Shown here: in pieces, positions 48,581-61,299 of the stretch
Layout of the letters: each line of letters starts with the position of its first letter
How positions within the stretch are numbered: position 1 is the first letter of the stretch
Assembly: GCA_030265395.1 (NCBI GenBank)
Contig: JARFYF010000001.1
Location: 93,534,488-93,598,487, forward strand
Direction: 5' to 3'
Length of the DNA stretch: 64,000 bases
From: Rhina ancylostomus
Taxonomy: Eukaryota
Program-made: the position numbers and the translations under genes
Notes under the pieces: model-generated
The model's database searches: none
Told to the model about the DNA's origin: nothing
Seen by the model: the letters and a program-made list of their open reading frames with translations, nothing else

Positions 48581-49429
48581 GACGCCCAACATAACACAAT
48601 GTCTGTAATTATGCTGGATGAATGCAAATTCATTCTTTCTCTACAACAACCTAATAGTCCACCCCACCCCCATATACAATTACATCATGACTGGGAGATT
48701 GCCATGTCAGGAGATAATCTGCAGTGTTTGCACAGCTCTACAACTGTTGTGCTCCTGCTAACTGATTTTACCAGAGCTCTCAATTTCACCCTGCCAAGCC
48801 ATCAATATGATTTNNNNNNNNNNNNNNNNNCAAACAATTATATTAGAAGTTGGTAAGGAACTCAAACAAAAACAATTCTCTTGATCAGATGATTAAATTG
48901 TGTCTGTTGCACAATCGTCCACAGATCAGGATTCAGCCCAGTGACAGGTCCCTGATATTTTCCTTCTCAACTGTACCAGATTTTCAACCACCAACCAAGC
49001 ATCACACTCAGTCCTGCTGAGGTTCATCTGGACTGAGAACGTCATATCCATGTCTAATTTTAGGACTCCTTGCTGAAGTGGAACTGAACATTCCTGTTTC
49101 CTGTCACTTGCCACCAAGTGACAAAGGGCCCAATGCAATTCAAGGTGAGGATCAGTTCAGGGAGCTGTAACTTGTGCATGACATGGCCCATTGAAGTTGT
49201 TGTGAACCATTCAGATTAAAAAAGTGCACATTGCTGCAAGCAAGTGACAATTTATTGGCCAAAATTTATGACTATTAATCCAACACTCTCACAAGAAAAC
49301 AGACAGACTAATCTCTGGTTAACTCATTACAAAAAGAATCTCCATTACATAGTTATTTTATGCAAATATAATCAGAAGGTAATACAAAGCCAACTAGTTT
49401 TACCACAATGCAGAATATCATGTTTCAAT

Positions 49430-51060
49430 AAAAAAGAGCACAGGACCTCAACCCCGCACTTCCTGTTTCTATCCCTTGCCCAAGATCCACAAACAGAACT
49501 GTCCTGGGAGGCTTATTGTTCCTGCCTGCTCTTGCCTCCACCAAAGTTATCTCCTCGTACCTCAACTCCATCTTGTCCCCGCCCCCCCCCACCCCACCTT
49601 GTCCCATCCCTTACCACCTATATCTGGGACACCTCCACCATTTAGACAACTTATAATTCCCTGGCCCCCAATGCCTTATCTTCACTATGGAGCCCAGTCT
49701 TTTTGCACCTTCATCCCCTATCAGGAAGGTCTAAAAGCCCTCTGCTTCTCTCTACAACAAAGATCCAACCAGTTTCCCTCCTCCAACACTCTCATCTGCT
49801 TGGCTGAACAACTTCTTGCCTTAAACAACTTCTCTTTTGACTCCTTCCACTTGTGACAAATCAAAGGTGTAGCCATGGGCCCCCCCCCCCATGGGTCCCA
49901 ACTCTGCCTGTCTTTCTGTTGGCTCTGTCCAACAGTCCCAACAGTTCCAAATCTTCTCCAGTACAACTTCCCAACTCTTCCTCTGTTACATTGATGACTG
50001 CACTGGTGCTGCTTTCTGTACCTGTGCAGAACTCATCAATTATATCACTTTCATTACCAACTTCCACCCTGCTCTCAAACTTATGTTGACCATTTCTGCC
50101 ACTACTCCCCTTTTTCTCGATCTCTCTGCCTCCATCTCAGGAGAAAAACTATCCACTGATATTTACTATAAACCCACTGACTCTCACAGCTGCTAAGATG
50201 ACATCTCTTTTCATCCTGTCTCTTGTAAGGATGCCATTCTTCATCTCTGCCACATCTGCTCTTAAAATGAGGCTTTCTGTTCCAGGGCAACTGAAATGTC
50301 CTTTTTCAGGAAGTGTGGCTTCCCTTCTGCTGTGGTTGATGGAACGTGATCTTGTATCTCTTCTGTTTCTCGTACTTCTGCTCTCATCCCGCCTCCCCCC
50401 ATACAAAACAGAGATAGAGTTCCCCTGGTCTTTCACCCTATGAGTCACTGCATCCAACATATCAATCTTCATCATTTCCACCAGCTGCAACAAGATTGCA
50501 CTACCAGCCACATCTTCTCCTCCCCACCCTTTTCTGCCTTCCCCAGCGACCACTCCCACTGTGACTCCCTAGACCGCTCATCCGTCTCCACCCACCCCTC
50601 CATTTCCCCGGCACTTTCCCCTGCCATCTCAGTAAATGGAACACTTGAACTTTCACCTCCTCCCTCACCATCATCCAGGGTCCAAACAGTCCTTCCAGGT
50701 GAGGCAAAGGTTCACACACACCTCCTCCAACCTTGTCCACTGCATTCAGTGTTTTCAACGTGGCCTCCTCTACATCAGCAAGACCAAGTGTAGACTCGGT
50801 GACCGTGTCGCAGAACACCTACGCTCACTCCACAATGGCCATTCCGAGCTCCCAGTTGCAGACCATTTCAACTCCCCTTCCCATTCTCACACGGACCTGT
50901 CCGTTCTTGGTCTTCTCTACTCCCAGGATGAATCCTAATGCAAACTGGAGGAGCAACACCTTGTATTCTGCCTGGCGAGTCTGCAACCCAATGGCATTGA
51001 CTATTGACTTTTTCCAATTTTAGGTAACAACCCTCACATTTCCACGCCACCCCCACCAAC
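49430..51060 (+). mobile_element. Penelope-like retroelement: RT plus GIY-YIG endonuclease ORF, pseudogenised
   Basis: PKIHKQNCPGRLIVPACSC; LALNNFSFDSFH; KGVAMG; MGPNSACLSVG; FLCYIDDC; LFLDLSASISGEKLSTDIYYKPTDSH; FTHTSSNLVHCIQCFQRGLLYISKTKCRLGDRVAEHLRS. Multiple stops and frameshifts. Confidence 0.95.
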
Positions 51061-51654
51061 CCACCAAAAGCTCCTCTGCTGCATTTCTTGTCTTAAAGCT
51101 TGTTTGACTAGTGATAGGAAAACCAGTTAAACATTGAGACATTAAACACAGAGACTGTGTGCAAGCCTCTTTTGTCTCCTGTTTAAACTTTAAGCCCTCA
51201 GTGACCAGACCATTCTCTCACAGGCTGAGTCACGCTATTTGTCATCTCTGCATTCTCTTCTGCCTCCATTTTGTCTTCTGACATTATCTGTGTGTTCTTT
51301 TGAAAGGGAGTTTCTTTCCAAGTCTGATCCTTGCTGCTGAATGGTGCTTGATTCTGGTCAGTTGTGCAGCTGGTTGGTCATTAACCCAATTAGGTTCAGC
51401 GATGTCTCAGAACCCTCCCACAAACTATCAGTGGTGGTCACCGTGTTGAAGGCAGCACTTTCCTCAGCAGGTTCTCTGCATTTTGATGACGTTGGAGTCT
51501 CCCATACTGTCACTCCCTCTGGGATGTTCTGTTGGTTACATGAAACTTTATTTGTTACAGATTTGAGCACTGCTCCAAAACCCATTATAATGTTTGTTTT
51601 GCATGCATTTGAGGTCAATAATCTCTGACAGTAAGTTCAGTTACAAGCTAAATG

Positions 51655-52240
51655 AAGAGGCTCATCAGCTCTTTGGAACACTGCCATGGGATCATATGAC
51701 CAGCTGAAAGTTGGGAAGTATTGCCACAGCTGTAGAGAGCATTGCTGAGACCACATCTGGAGCATGGTGTAGAGTTTTGGTTTCCTTATTTAAAGAGGGA
51801 TACATTTACATTGGAGGCTGTTGAGATGAGGTGTATTCATCAGATAACCAGAATGAATCTGTTGTCTTATAGCACGTTGGGCTCAAGAATGTGAGGTGAT
51901 CTGGTTGAAATATAAATTTCGTCTGGGACTTGGTAAAGCACATGCTGAGAGAATGTTTCCCCTTGTTGGGGGGATCTATACCTAGGAGACAACTGGAAAA
52001 TAAAGGGTTGCCCATTTCGTGGCAAGATGTGATGGATTTCCCTCTTTGTTATGAAGCTTTGGAATTGTCTACCCCCAGAGGACTGCAGAGGCTGAGCAAT
52101 TGAATGTATTTGAAGCTGGGAGGAAGTGATTTTAGAACTTCATGAAGTTAGGGGTCATGGAGAATAGGCAGGAAAATAGAACTGAGTTTAAGGTAAGATT
52201 AACCATGACCTTGCTGAATTTCAGAGCCCTATTTCTTGCA
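51655..52240 (+). mobile_element. CR1 3' portion, degraded
   Basis: ctgtagagagcattgctgagaccacatctggagcatggtgtagagttttggtttccttat (LYRALLRPHLEHGVEFWFPY). Confidence 0.85.
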
Positions 52241-52734
52241 TCCTGACAGAAGGGAACCTAGGCTCAGTTTTACACATCATCCCACAGATTTCACATCCTA
52301 CAATGCTCCGTTCTGTCCCTGAGTATCATTCTTGATGTGTACTCTCATGTTGTAGTGATTCATAAATAAATTCCCTCTCAGAAGTGATAAATCTGGAATG
52401 ATTGGTATTCCTCCACCATCTTGTCCGCCATTGATCTCAACAACTGTGCACATATTTGAAGCTGGTGGTGGTGAAGGCTCCATTGCAGTGTATTTTATCC
52501 CAGCCTCCATCCTCTTCATGAGATTAAATTATTGGTGATTCCCTCTTGGGTCACACTTTAAAGGAGCAATTAAAGCCCTGCTAAAAACTAAATTATGTTT
52601 GTCTCATGATAATCACAAATGTAGATATTGAAGTTTAGTGACTTGACCTTCCTTAAAATCATGTTATTTTTGAATATGGGTGAGATTGATAAGAGTCCTG
52701 TGCCCTTGTCACAATAATTGCAATCACCCATCTT

Positions 52735-53021
52735 TTTTGGCAGACTCTTGGAATTTAGGATGACTTACTTGCACTCTGGTTTTGTGGATTCTGAGGTGAT
52801 TTATCAGGCCATTGTGGATTTTTCCACAGATAGAGCAGGTGATGCCTGACTGGGCAGCTGGGTGTGCAGTTCCTCCCTTTTACAGAGGGTTTTTATGTAT
52901 TCCTGATATGCAGACTGAAGATTATCAGTGCAGTCCTAAAAGTCCTGCCTCACTTTGAACAGTCACAGGCCAGGGACGTTAAGGTTTGGTGGTGATGTTG
53001 CGTTTTCTTTGAGGACAGTTT
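52735..53021 (-). mobile_element. RTE-clade LINE 3' end
   Basis: ggatgacttacttgcactctggttttgtggattctgaggtgatt matches 9562-9610. Confidence 0.75.
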
Positions 53022-54311
53022 NNNNNNNNNNNNNNNNNNNNNNNNNNNNNNNNNNNNNNNNNNNNNNNNNNNNNNNNNNNNNNNNNNNNNNNNNNNNNNN
53101 NNNNNNNNNNNNNNNNNNNNNCCTCATGAGTTTCTGCGTCAGATTTTGTCCTCTTTCATTGCTGTGTATAATTAGAAGCTGATATTATCCCTTTTGTCAT
53201 TTGTAACTGCTCACTCTCATAGGTGGTTGCAAGGACTTCTATTTGAGCAGTGATACACGAGAGAATGTCCTGGAGAGTTCAAAACATTGGACTGGTCAGC
53301 TTGTCAATCAATATGCTGGGCTGATGGGCTCCTTATTTTGAAAGTTCTGGTGTTCAATGTAATTGTACTCAGATGACAGATTTATCAAACTTGATTCTAC
53401 AGCTTTTTGTGTTGAGGGTTAAATTTGGAATCTCTGGGTGTCAAATCCCATGAGATAATCACTGCTCTAAAGTATCTATTTTGAAATCTGTCATTGCCAT
53501 TTATGGTACTAAAGCATTTTTGATGTGCTCTTTAATCTCTCAATTTCATTTTAAATTTCACAGTGGAATAACGAATACATTGAACAAATGATCCTACTGA
53601 TAGTGTTAAAGTTCACACCCAATGCCAGTTTTATTCAGTACAAGGCAGTAAATGAGTCTTCCAGCTGTGCTGTCCTGATACTATGTAGAACTGCATGTTT
53701 TCACATGCAAATTTACCTCTCTTATCACTTACAAGCTGATGAGGTGCTTCCAAGCTGCATGATTGCAGTTCTACTGTCTGGCAAAGTGATGCCTAGTAAT
53801 TCCAGATAAGGAGGCAGACTTAAAGTCTTTGAGCACCCGTCCACTTACTTTGGCTGTACATTTAATGCATCAAACAGTTACAACTTATTTGGATTTGGCT
53901 TGTTTTGACTATCTTCCTCCTTGGTCTCGTGCACCTGCAATACTGACGTTTATCTTTCTGAAGTGTGGAATACTGTTGTATGCAACTTGGCACATCTTCA
54001 CTGGCAGCCCTCCTTGATCTTGGGACCGCCACCATGAATAAGGGGTGCATTCTCACTATTCTGCCTTGCACTTGATCTGGATTGGAATTTATCTTTCTTG
54101 GATTTTAGGCACTGAGAATTAGCTTCAACCAATGATTTATTTTTTCTTGTGGGAAATTGTTGTTTAAAATTATTTTCAACTCTCAACTCAGACATAAGTC
54201 ATGACACAGGTCCAGAAATATGGAACACAGTGGTACTGAGATAACCTTCCCTTGTTCCTGATCTTCTAATTCATCTAGATACGAGTAGTGCAGTGCTGAT
54301 GTTTCCTGCAG

Positions 54312-54407
54312 AACTTTCCCATTGACCTTTCAGTCCACCAGCCCTTGCTGCTTGGCCAGCTGGGAGACCATTCGCAAATTGGAGGAGTTCCATTTCGCTC
54401 GAAGTGA
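54312..54407 (+). other. Candidate terminal or alternative exon of an unidentified gene (NFPIDLSVHQPLLLGQLGDHSQIGGVPFRSK*)
   Basis: ctgatgtttcctgcAG acceptor, 31 open codons, GC-richer than its flanks with 3 retained CpGs. No homolog recognised. Confidence 0.2.
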
Positions 54408-55104
54408 GGGAAGCATTTGCCATTTCTATGCAATGGCATCAGAGCCACTTTTGTCACAAATGAAGTCAAGTTTAAAATTGCCTGTCAAAGAATCATGGCC
54501 AATTGGAATAAGTGGTAGGAAACGTGTGGGGATATGGTATAGGGATATCATTATGTTGCCGGACTACCATCCAGAGGAGTGTGGTGTTGATCTGGGGTCA
54601 TTTAACCACAGCAGAAGAGGCATTTGAACCCAACTAATTTTTCAATGAAATCTGGAACTGGAAAGTAAATTTAGACGAGACTAAGAAAACATGTTTTTAT
54701 ATTTTAAAAAATCTTTCAAGAAGTGGAGGTAAATATAAGACTAGTTAAGAAATATTAAAAACGCAATACAAATTGGTGCGCACAAACGGATTGGACCTTT
54801 CTGTCACCCCAGTGGTAAAGGAGTCTTTGTGTTCATTATAGTTTCAGGTCTCACCTGCTCAACACTCTGATTTCATTTTTTTTCTACGTGTCCTTGCATT
54901 CAATATTCATTTAACACCTGTGCTGTGCACCATTCTCAGCCTCCTTTGCAAATGAGCTGCATAATGTCACGAATGTCAGGACTTCACCTTTGTGTGGAAG
55001 AACCTCTGACAGTTATGGAAAGTATCAGCACCAAAATAAACCTCGAACTCAAAAGTTGAAAATGGTCTAAGTCTGGCCTGATCCATTCTTCCACAAGAAA
55101 AAGT

Positions 55105-55440
55105 GGGCAGTATTGCAGCACAGCATGCAATGCTGCTGCATTATATCTCTGGTGACATGTGTTTGATCTTGACCTCAAGTGCTGCAGATGTGAAGTTTGC
55201 ACAATCTCCCTGTGACTCTGTGGGTTTTCCTGGGCGCTCCTGTTTGCTCCATGTCCCATAGACATGCTGGATGATAGATTTGCAGTTAGCTGTTGTAAGT
55301 TTCCTGTGGTAGGTGGGTTGTATGAGAATAAAGGAATGGAGGGATGTATGCTATGCAGGGATATATACATATGTGTGTGTGTATATATAATCATGGTTGG
55401 CACGGACATTATGGGACAAAGGGCTTGTTCCTGTGCCGTA
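55105..55440 (+). mobile_element. V-SINE, old and degraded
   Basis: gtgaagtttgcacaatctccctgtgactctgtgggttttcctgggcgctcctgtttgctcc and CR1-like tail atgggacaaagggcttgttcctgtgccgta. Confidence 0.75.
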
Positions 55441-55448
55441 CAGCTTCA

Positions 55449-55762
55449 GGGCGGCACAGTAGTGTAGCGGTTAGCGTGACACTATTACAGCGCCAGCAAT
55501 CGGTTCGATTCCCATTGCTGCCTGTAAGGAGTTTGTACGTTCTCCTGTGTCTGCGTGGGTTTCCTCCGGGTGATCCAGTTTCCTCCCACATTCNNNNNNN
55601 NNNNNNNNNNNNNNNNNNNNNNNNNNNNNNNNNNNNNNNNNNNNNNNNNNNNNNNNNNNNNNNNNNNNNNNNNNNNNNNNNNNNNNNNNNNNNGTTTAAA
55701 ATGGGTGGCGTGGACTTGTTGGGCCGGAAGGGCCTGTTACCACGCTGTAAATAAAATTTAAT
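55449..55762 (+). mobile_element. HE1-like V-SINE, young, CR1-like tail type (gap inside)
   Basis: gggcggcacagtagtgtagcggttagcgtgacactattacagcgccagc...gttgggccggaagggcctgttaccacgctgtaaataaaattt. Confidence 0.9.
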
Positions 55763-56014
55763 TTACATTAGGTGGAGCTGGTGGGCTGCAAGAGAGAATG
55801 GATAAAAGGGTATGCGATTAATGGGACTGCTCAAAGAGCCAGCAAGGACTCGATGGACCCAATGGCTTCCTATGTTGCAAGAAAATATGAAAAATTAGAA
55901 ATATAAAACTGACCAAAAATCTAAGAAGTGCATTTAAATGTGGCGTTCCTTAAACTGGTTGGGACCCTTCTGTAACCTCGGTGGTAAAAGGATCTTTTGT
56001 TTAGGCACCTTCAG

Positions 56015-57718
56015 ATGGATCAAAGGACGATGCTCTTTAAATATACAAAGAGTGCCTTTGTACTAGACTGGGGTAAAATAACACTCCTTATTCAAAGAGC
56101 AAGCATTCACCTGGGAACCATAAGACAACTCTATCAATACTCTGCATGGGGAGACATGACAAATATCCCAATTATACCTGAAGGACTAGTTTCAAATAGG
56201 ATGAAAGAACTGGTAATAATCTCTTTCACCAGGGCCAAGATATGGAGCAGACTAATGGTTCTAAAGGCAGAAAAGTCTGTGGGACCCAATGTCTTGCACC
56301 CCACAATATTAAAAAGGATGCAGTTATAGGGTGGTGGAATCTTGTTTGAAATTTTTCAAAAACTCAGCAAATTCTAGGAGGGTATCAACAGAATGGAAAA
56401 TCACAAAAATGATACCCTTGTTTAAGAAAGGAGGAAGACAAACAGTAGATAACTATGGGCCGGATAGATTAACATCTGTTATAGCAAGGTTGCTTGTGTC
56501 TATAATATGGGAAGAATTGCTTGTCATTTAAAGAAGCTTAATGCAACCAAACCAACTCAACAGTGTTTAATGAAAGTAACTGATGTTTGACAAATTTGCT
56601 GGGGTTCTTTGAAAGTGCAGCAAGCAGGGTCAATAGAGGGGAACCTGCAAATGTCATGCATTTGGATTTCCAGAAAGTGTTTGACAAGGTGTCACCTAAA
56701 AGGCAGGTGCACAACGCATCAGGGAAGTGTGTTGAAGATTGCTTCTCACAAAGAAGACAGAGCTAGAATAACTGGGTCCTTTCAAGCTTGAAAGATGTAG
56801 CTGGTGGAGTGCCCCAAGGATCAGGTCTTGCCCTTAAATAGTAAATAATTGATATTAATAACTTGGACAAGGGGCAGAGTGTAAGATATCCAAGTTTGCT
56901 AATGACACAAAAATAGGTGAGAGGGTATGTTGCAGTGAGGATATTTGAACTCTGTAAATAGGATGTGAATAGATTGAGTGGGTGGATGACAACTTTGCAA
57001 ATGGAGTTTCATGTGGGGAAAGTGTGAGGACATGCACTTCAGTAAGAAGAATTTAAACGCAGATGATTATTTGAACAGAGAAAGGTCGCGGATGAACCAA
57101 GTGCAAAGGGATCCCCGTGTACTGTTGCACAAATCTCAACACATTAGAAGGCGGGTGCAGCATGTGGTTCGGAGGGCAACATGCATATTGGCCTTCATTG
57201 TAAGAGGGTTGGAGCTCAGAAAAAGGAATGTATTGTTACATTCGTACAGGGTATTGGTGAGACCACAGCTGGAGCACTGTGCATGGCTTTGGTGTCCTCA
57301 CTTAAGCATTTTGGAAGAACGAGGTGATGTTGTTGAATCATGTAAGACTTCTAAGGGAACTTGACAGGGTAAATGTTGAGATGTGTCCACCAGTCGGAGA
57401 ACCTCTAGATCCCCCTTCATTAACTTTTTAATTCAGAGGAACGGAGTTGACGACATAATATTGCNNNNNNNNNNNNNNNNNNNNNNNNNNNNNNNNNNNN
57501 NNNNNNNNNNNNNNNNNNNNNNNNNNNNNNNNNNNNNNNNNNNNNNNNNNNNNNNNNNNNNNNNNNNNNNNNNNNNNNNNNNNAGGGCAATGGGGAACCA
57601 GCACAGAAGAGGAGTTGAGGCCTGAGGATGAACAACCATGATCATGTCAAATGGTGGCACAGGCCTGAGGGATCGAGTGACCACCTCCTGCCATTTTCTT
57701 AAATTCTAATGTTCTTGC
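56015..57718 (+). mobile_element. CR1 LINE ORF2 (RT) to 3' tail, about 1.7 kb, pseudogenised
   Basis: LKAEKSVGPNVLHPTILK; EWKITKMIPLFKKGGRQTVDNYGPDRLTSV; LDFQKVFDKV; GVPQGS; SKFANDTKIG; YRVLVRPQLEHC. Confidence 0.95.
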
Positions 57719-58677
57719 ATAGCTCATCTAACTTGGTTTGGAAAGCAATTAGAATGGACAGCAAATGTATGCTGAGTCAGTGACATTCACATGCTGTGAA
57801 TGAACGAGAAAAACTTTTCGCTGTTGCAACAGTATAGTTTTTGAATTGTTTGCAAAGCAAAGGATTTGAAAGTCTGAAGGAAACCTGTTGAAATGTTAAT
57901 GGAGTCTTTTATGACTGCTTTGTTCGATGTCAAAGGCAAAATTCAACATGCTGGGATTAGGCAATGGCAGCTTCAGTAAATGCAATTGGAAGTGTTGGGG
58001 AGTCTGACCAAGATATTTGGACAGCAGGGAGAAGCATGATGCTAATAACCACTTAAAACTCTGATGTTAATTATGTTTATGTTGTACATTTGGCCTTGTA
58101 TTTCCCATAAAATCACTAAACTGTGTTTCAGAGAAACTATGTCTGGTTCAAACAGGATTTCAGTAAAAAGGATTATTGCTTGTACTGCTCACGGCTACGA
58201 GTTATGTTCAGAAGGAATATTCCCTCTTTATGTGCTTTCCCAACTCTGTTCCCAAGTGGTTTCAGACTTATTTGGCAGTGATGAAATTCAGCATCAGTTG
58301 TCGCATATAATTAAGCCTTTTGTTGGTCTGGAATTGCACAGCATTGATCGTTGGTTGCCATTTCAGGGGGCACGGCAGGGCNNNNNNNNNNNNNNNNNNN
58401 NNNNNNNNNNNNNNNNNNNNNNNNNNNNNNNNNNNNNNNNNNNNNNNNNNNNNNNNNNNNNNNNNNNNNNNNNNNNNNNNNCAATCTGTTCCAAGAAGCT
58501 GAAGACATAACAGTGCTTTAACTATCACAGGAGAATGAGCAAGTGATGATTTCCCACCTCTTTTGTCCCCCTGCTTTCCCTGAGGTTGAGGGGGGTTCAA
58601 TGACATGAGAAATTCAGCCTGTTGGTGATTCTACTGCATGCTTGTGCCTCAGGACACATCAGAAACCTTCTTCTCCA

Positions 58678-58809
58678 CTGATGAAGGGTCTTGGCCTGAA
58701 ACATCGACTGTTTATTTTCCTCCATGGATGCTGCCTGACCTGGTGAGTTCCTCCAGCACTTTTTCTGTATTGCTCCAGATTCCCGCATCTGGTGACATTC
58801 TTGTGTCTC
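58678..58809 (+). mobile_element. About 130-bp Penelope-derived insertion with a 14-bp TSD (ccttcttctccact), starting at the hammerhead core
   Basis: Direct repeat at 58666-58679 and 58810-58823. CTGATGA a gggtcttggcct GAAACATC gactg at 58678-58710. Confidence 0.85.
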
Positions 58810-59104
58810 CCTTCTTCTCCACTATACTGATTTTATGTGCCAGGAATCAAAGGATACATGGGGAAAATGGTCCTTTCGGATCATCGTGACTTCATCCTAT
58901 TTCAGAATGACTTAATCTTTATCGTACTCTCTTTTGGCAATTGTCTTTTGCATTATCTTTCCTGATGTAACTTGTATTCTTCAGGTGTTCTTTAAATATT
59001 GCAAATCCACCAAAGGCTAATGACTTCTTTAAAATTGAAAGTTGGACTTAAAAAAAACAAAAATACCAGAATGGACATATCAAGTTAAATGGTGTCACAA
59101 GCTT

Positions 59105-59185
59105 GTTTCGGCTTGACATGTAGACTTTCCATTTCCCTCCATGGATGCTGCCTAACCCACTCAGTTCCTCCAGCTTTTTGTGTGA
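59105..59185 (+). mobile_element. Penelope-derived fragment
   Basis: ccatttccctccatggatgctgcctaacccactcagttcctccagctttttgtgtg. Confidence 0.7.
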
Positions 59186-59529
59186 AGCTAAATGGTATAT
59201 TTTCAGTGGGTTTAATCTATTTGCTCATTTGATTTAATAGCTTGACCTTTTCAAAAATCTTTGCATGATCTGTGGCTGTCTGCTATATTTTTTGTCAGAT
59301 CTGTCCAAATATTTGCATTGATGACTTGTGCAACTGACTTTTATTTTCTGTTGTTTTGGTGGACAACACAGTCTGATAGACATGGATCTTCCTGAAAGAG
59401 CCAACTGCTGCAAATAATGAGATAATGAGGGATTCCTTCCAAATTGTTAGCTCAAATTTTAAATGAATAGGTCTGTTTCGTACATCGAGCTAGGAGCAGG
59501 ATCAAGTTACTGGATAAATAATCCGAAAG

Positions 59530-59695
59530 TGTGGATTAATGACCCAGAGACACACAAATTCAGATCCCACTGCAATATCAAGGGGATTTAACTTATGAAT
59601 CAAATATCTCAAGTAAACTGCCTGTAACAGATGCCACCTGATTATTGTGAATTCCAAGTGTGAATACAACTCAAAAATGTGACTCTTAATTGCCC
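59530..59695 (+). mobile_element. tRNA-derived SINE (same family as 4425-4880), degraded
   Basis: ggattaatgacccagagacacacaaattcagatcccactgc...gattattgtgaa...aatgtgactcttaattgccc. Confidence 0.55.
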
Positions 59696-59954
59696 NNNNN
59701 NNNNNNNNNNNNNNNNNNNNNNNNNNNNNNNNNNNNNNNNNNNNNNNNNNNNNNNNNNNNNNNNNNNNNNNNNNNNNNNNNNNNNNNNNNNNNNNCAGGA
59801 TCACATCAAACATGTTAGTGCTTGTCAATAGTAGCTTTTATTTATTTTTAGTATTTTAATTAAAAAAAGGTTCAGAAGAAAATAAAGTTGAATGTAAATT
59901 TGGAGAAAGGATATGAAAATAATTCTTTTACTACTAGCAGAGCAATAAAAGAAT

Positions 59955-60305
59955 AAACACATGCATATATATTTGTATATCATGAGCATGCACATGTACA
60001 AATATACGCCTACACACACATGCACAAAGACACACTATGGCCATGTATACATATAAATATGTATCCCTATACCTACATGTATACATACAACTTTGTGTGC
60101 ATATACCTATATATCTGTACATATACACTTGCTGTACATATTCACTTACTTACACACACATTTATGCATTTGAACACAAATGCAAACATACACAAGCATA
60201 TACATGCAGAATTATATGCCATATGTCCCCAGGTGAACATGCATACAGATCCAGACATATAAAACTCTATATATACATAAACACAAGCTCACACACATAC
60301 ACATG
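59955..60305. repeat. Degenerate (CA/TA)n low-complexity tract
   Basis: Alternating purine-pyrimidine sequence is directly visible. Confidence 0.85.
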
Positions 60306-60599
60306 AGAGAAGAAACAAAATAGCTTGTAAAGTGTTTAAGTGAAAAAGTAAGGCCTGAAGTGATAATAAGGGGCAGATTGGGATAAAGATATTTATGAAA
60401 CAGACAACATGTGAGAAACATAGGCCATGGGGAATAAGCAAGACAAAAATAGAAACAAGGAAAACTGGCAAAACCACAAAAGCAAAAAGCCATGAGAGAA
60501 GAAAAAAAACAACCTAGTTACTGTCAAAATACCACTTCTGTCATGTAACCATTGCCTGTTTCCAATTTAAAAAAAAGTACAGGCTGTTCTTTTATTTCT

Positions 60600-60987
60600 T
60601 GTGTATGTCTGTGTGTGTGTATGTGAATGAATGTGTATGTATGTGTGTTACACGTGTGTCTTTCATGCTGTGCATATGTGAATGTGTGTGATTACCTATG
60701 TGATTATCTGTATGTGAATCTCTGATTGTGTATGCATGTGTGTGAGTGTGCACCTATGTGTGTGAATGTGTGTGCGCTTAAATCAGTGAGTGCCCATGCA
60801 TGTGTGTGTTTGTCATGTGTTAAGTGTATTGCATGTTATGTGTGGGTGTGTTACATGTTTTGTGTATTATGTGCTTTGCATGTTCTGTGCTATGCTTATG
60901 TGGTGTTATGTGCATCACATGCTGTGTTTGTGCATGTTACTTATTTTGTCTGTTAGGTATTATGTGTATTGCATGCTGTGTGTGTTC
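60600..60987. repeat. Degenerate (TG/TA)n low-complexity tract
   Basis: Alternating purine-pyrimidine sequence is directly visible. Confidence 0.85.
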
Positions 60988-61299
60988 TCTCCTCTCCCCA
61001 TCTCTGTTTCTGTGGCTTTTTAATACACTGTTCACCTGCAGCTTCTTTGAGTCCCAGTGCATGATTAACATCTGAAATATCTCCTCTTTCCAAATTTATT
61101 TTTGGATTTCTGGCAGCTACATCATTTTTGTTTATTGTTTATCAGGAAGTAGGTACTGTGAGTCTACCAAAAAAAAGAAAACCTGCAGGCCCAACAGTTT
61201 ATGTTTGTTTGGAGGTGGATGCTTAGGACTGGGGAGAGCAATCACCAAACATTGTTGGACAGTCAAAGAAGATTCAAGTTTAAAAACATCTTACACTCA

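Noticed and set aside
51341-51630. Overlapping ORFs on both strands and an AG...GTAAGT-bounded segment (51561-51630)
   Set aside because: No recognisable protein, and the putative exon has stops in all frames. A non-coding exon cannot be excluded but is unsupported.
54028-54075. Perfect Kozak GCCACCATG
   Set aside because: It opens only a 13-codon ORF with no good donor, and one such 9-mer is plausible by chance in 128 kb of both strands.
58064-58381. Open frame of about 105 codons before a gap
   Set aside because: No domain similarity is recognised, its length is inflated by Ns, and it runs into a SINE head.
59825-61075. Cys/Val/Tyr/His-rich ORFs
   Set aside because: These are translations of degenerate dinucleotide repeats.
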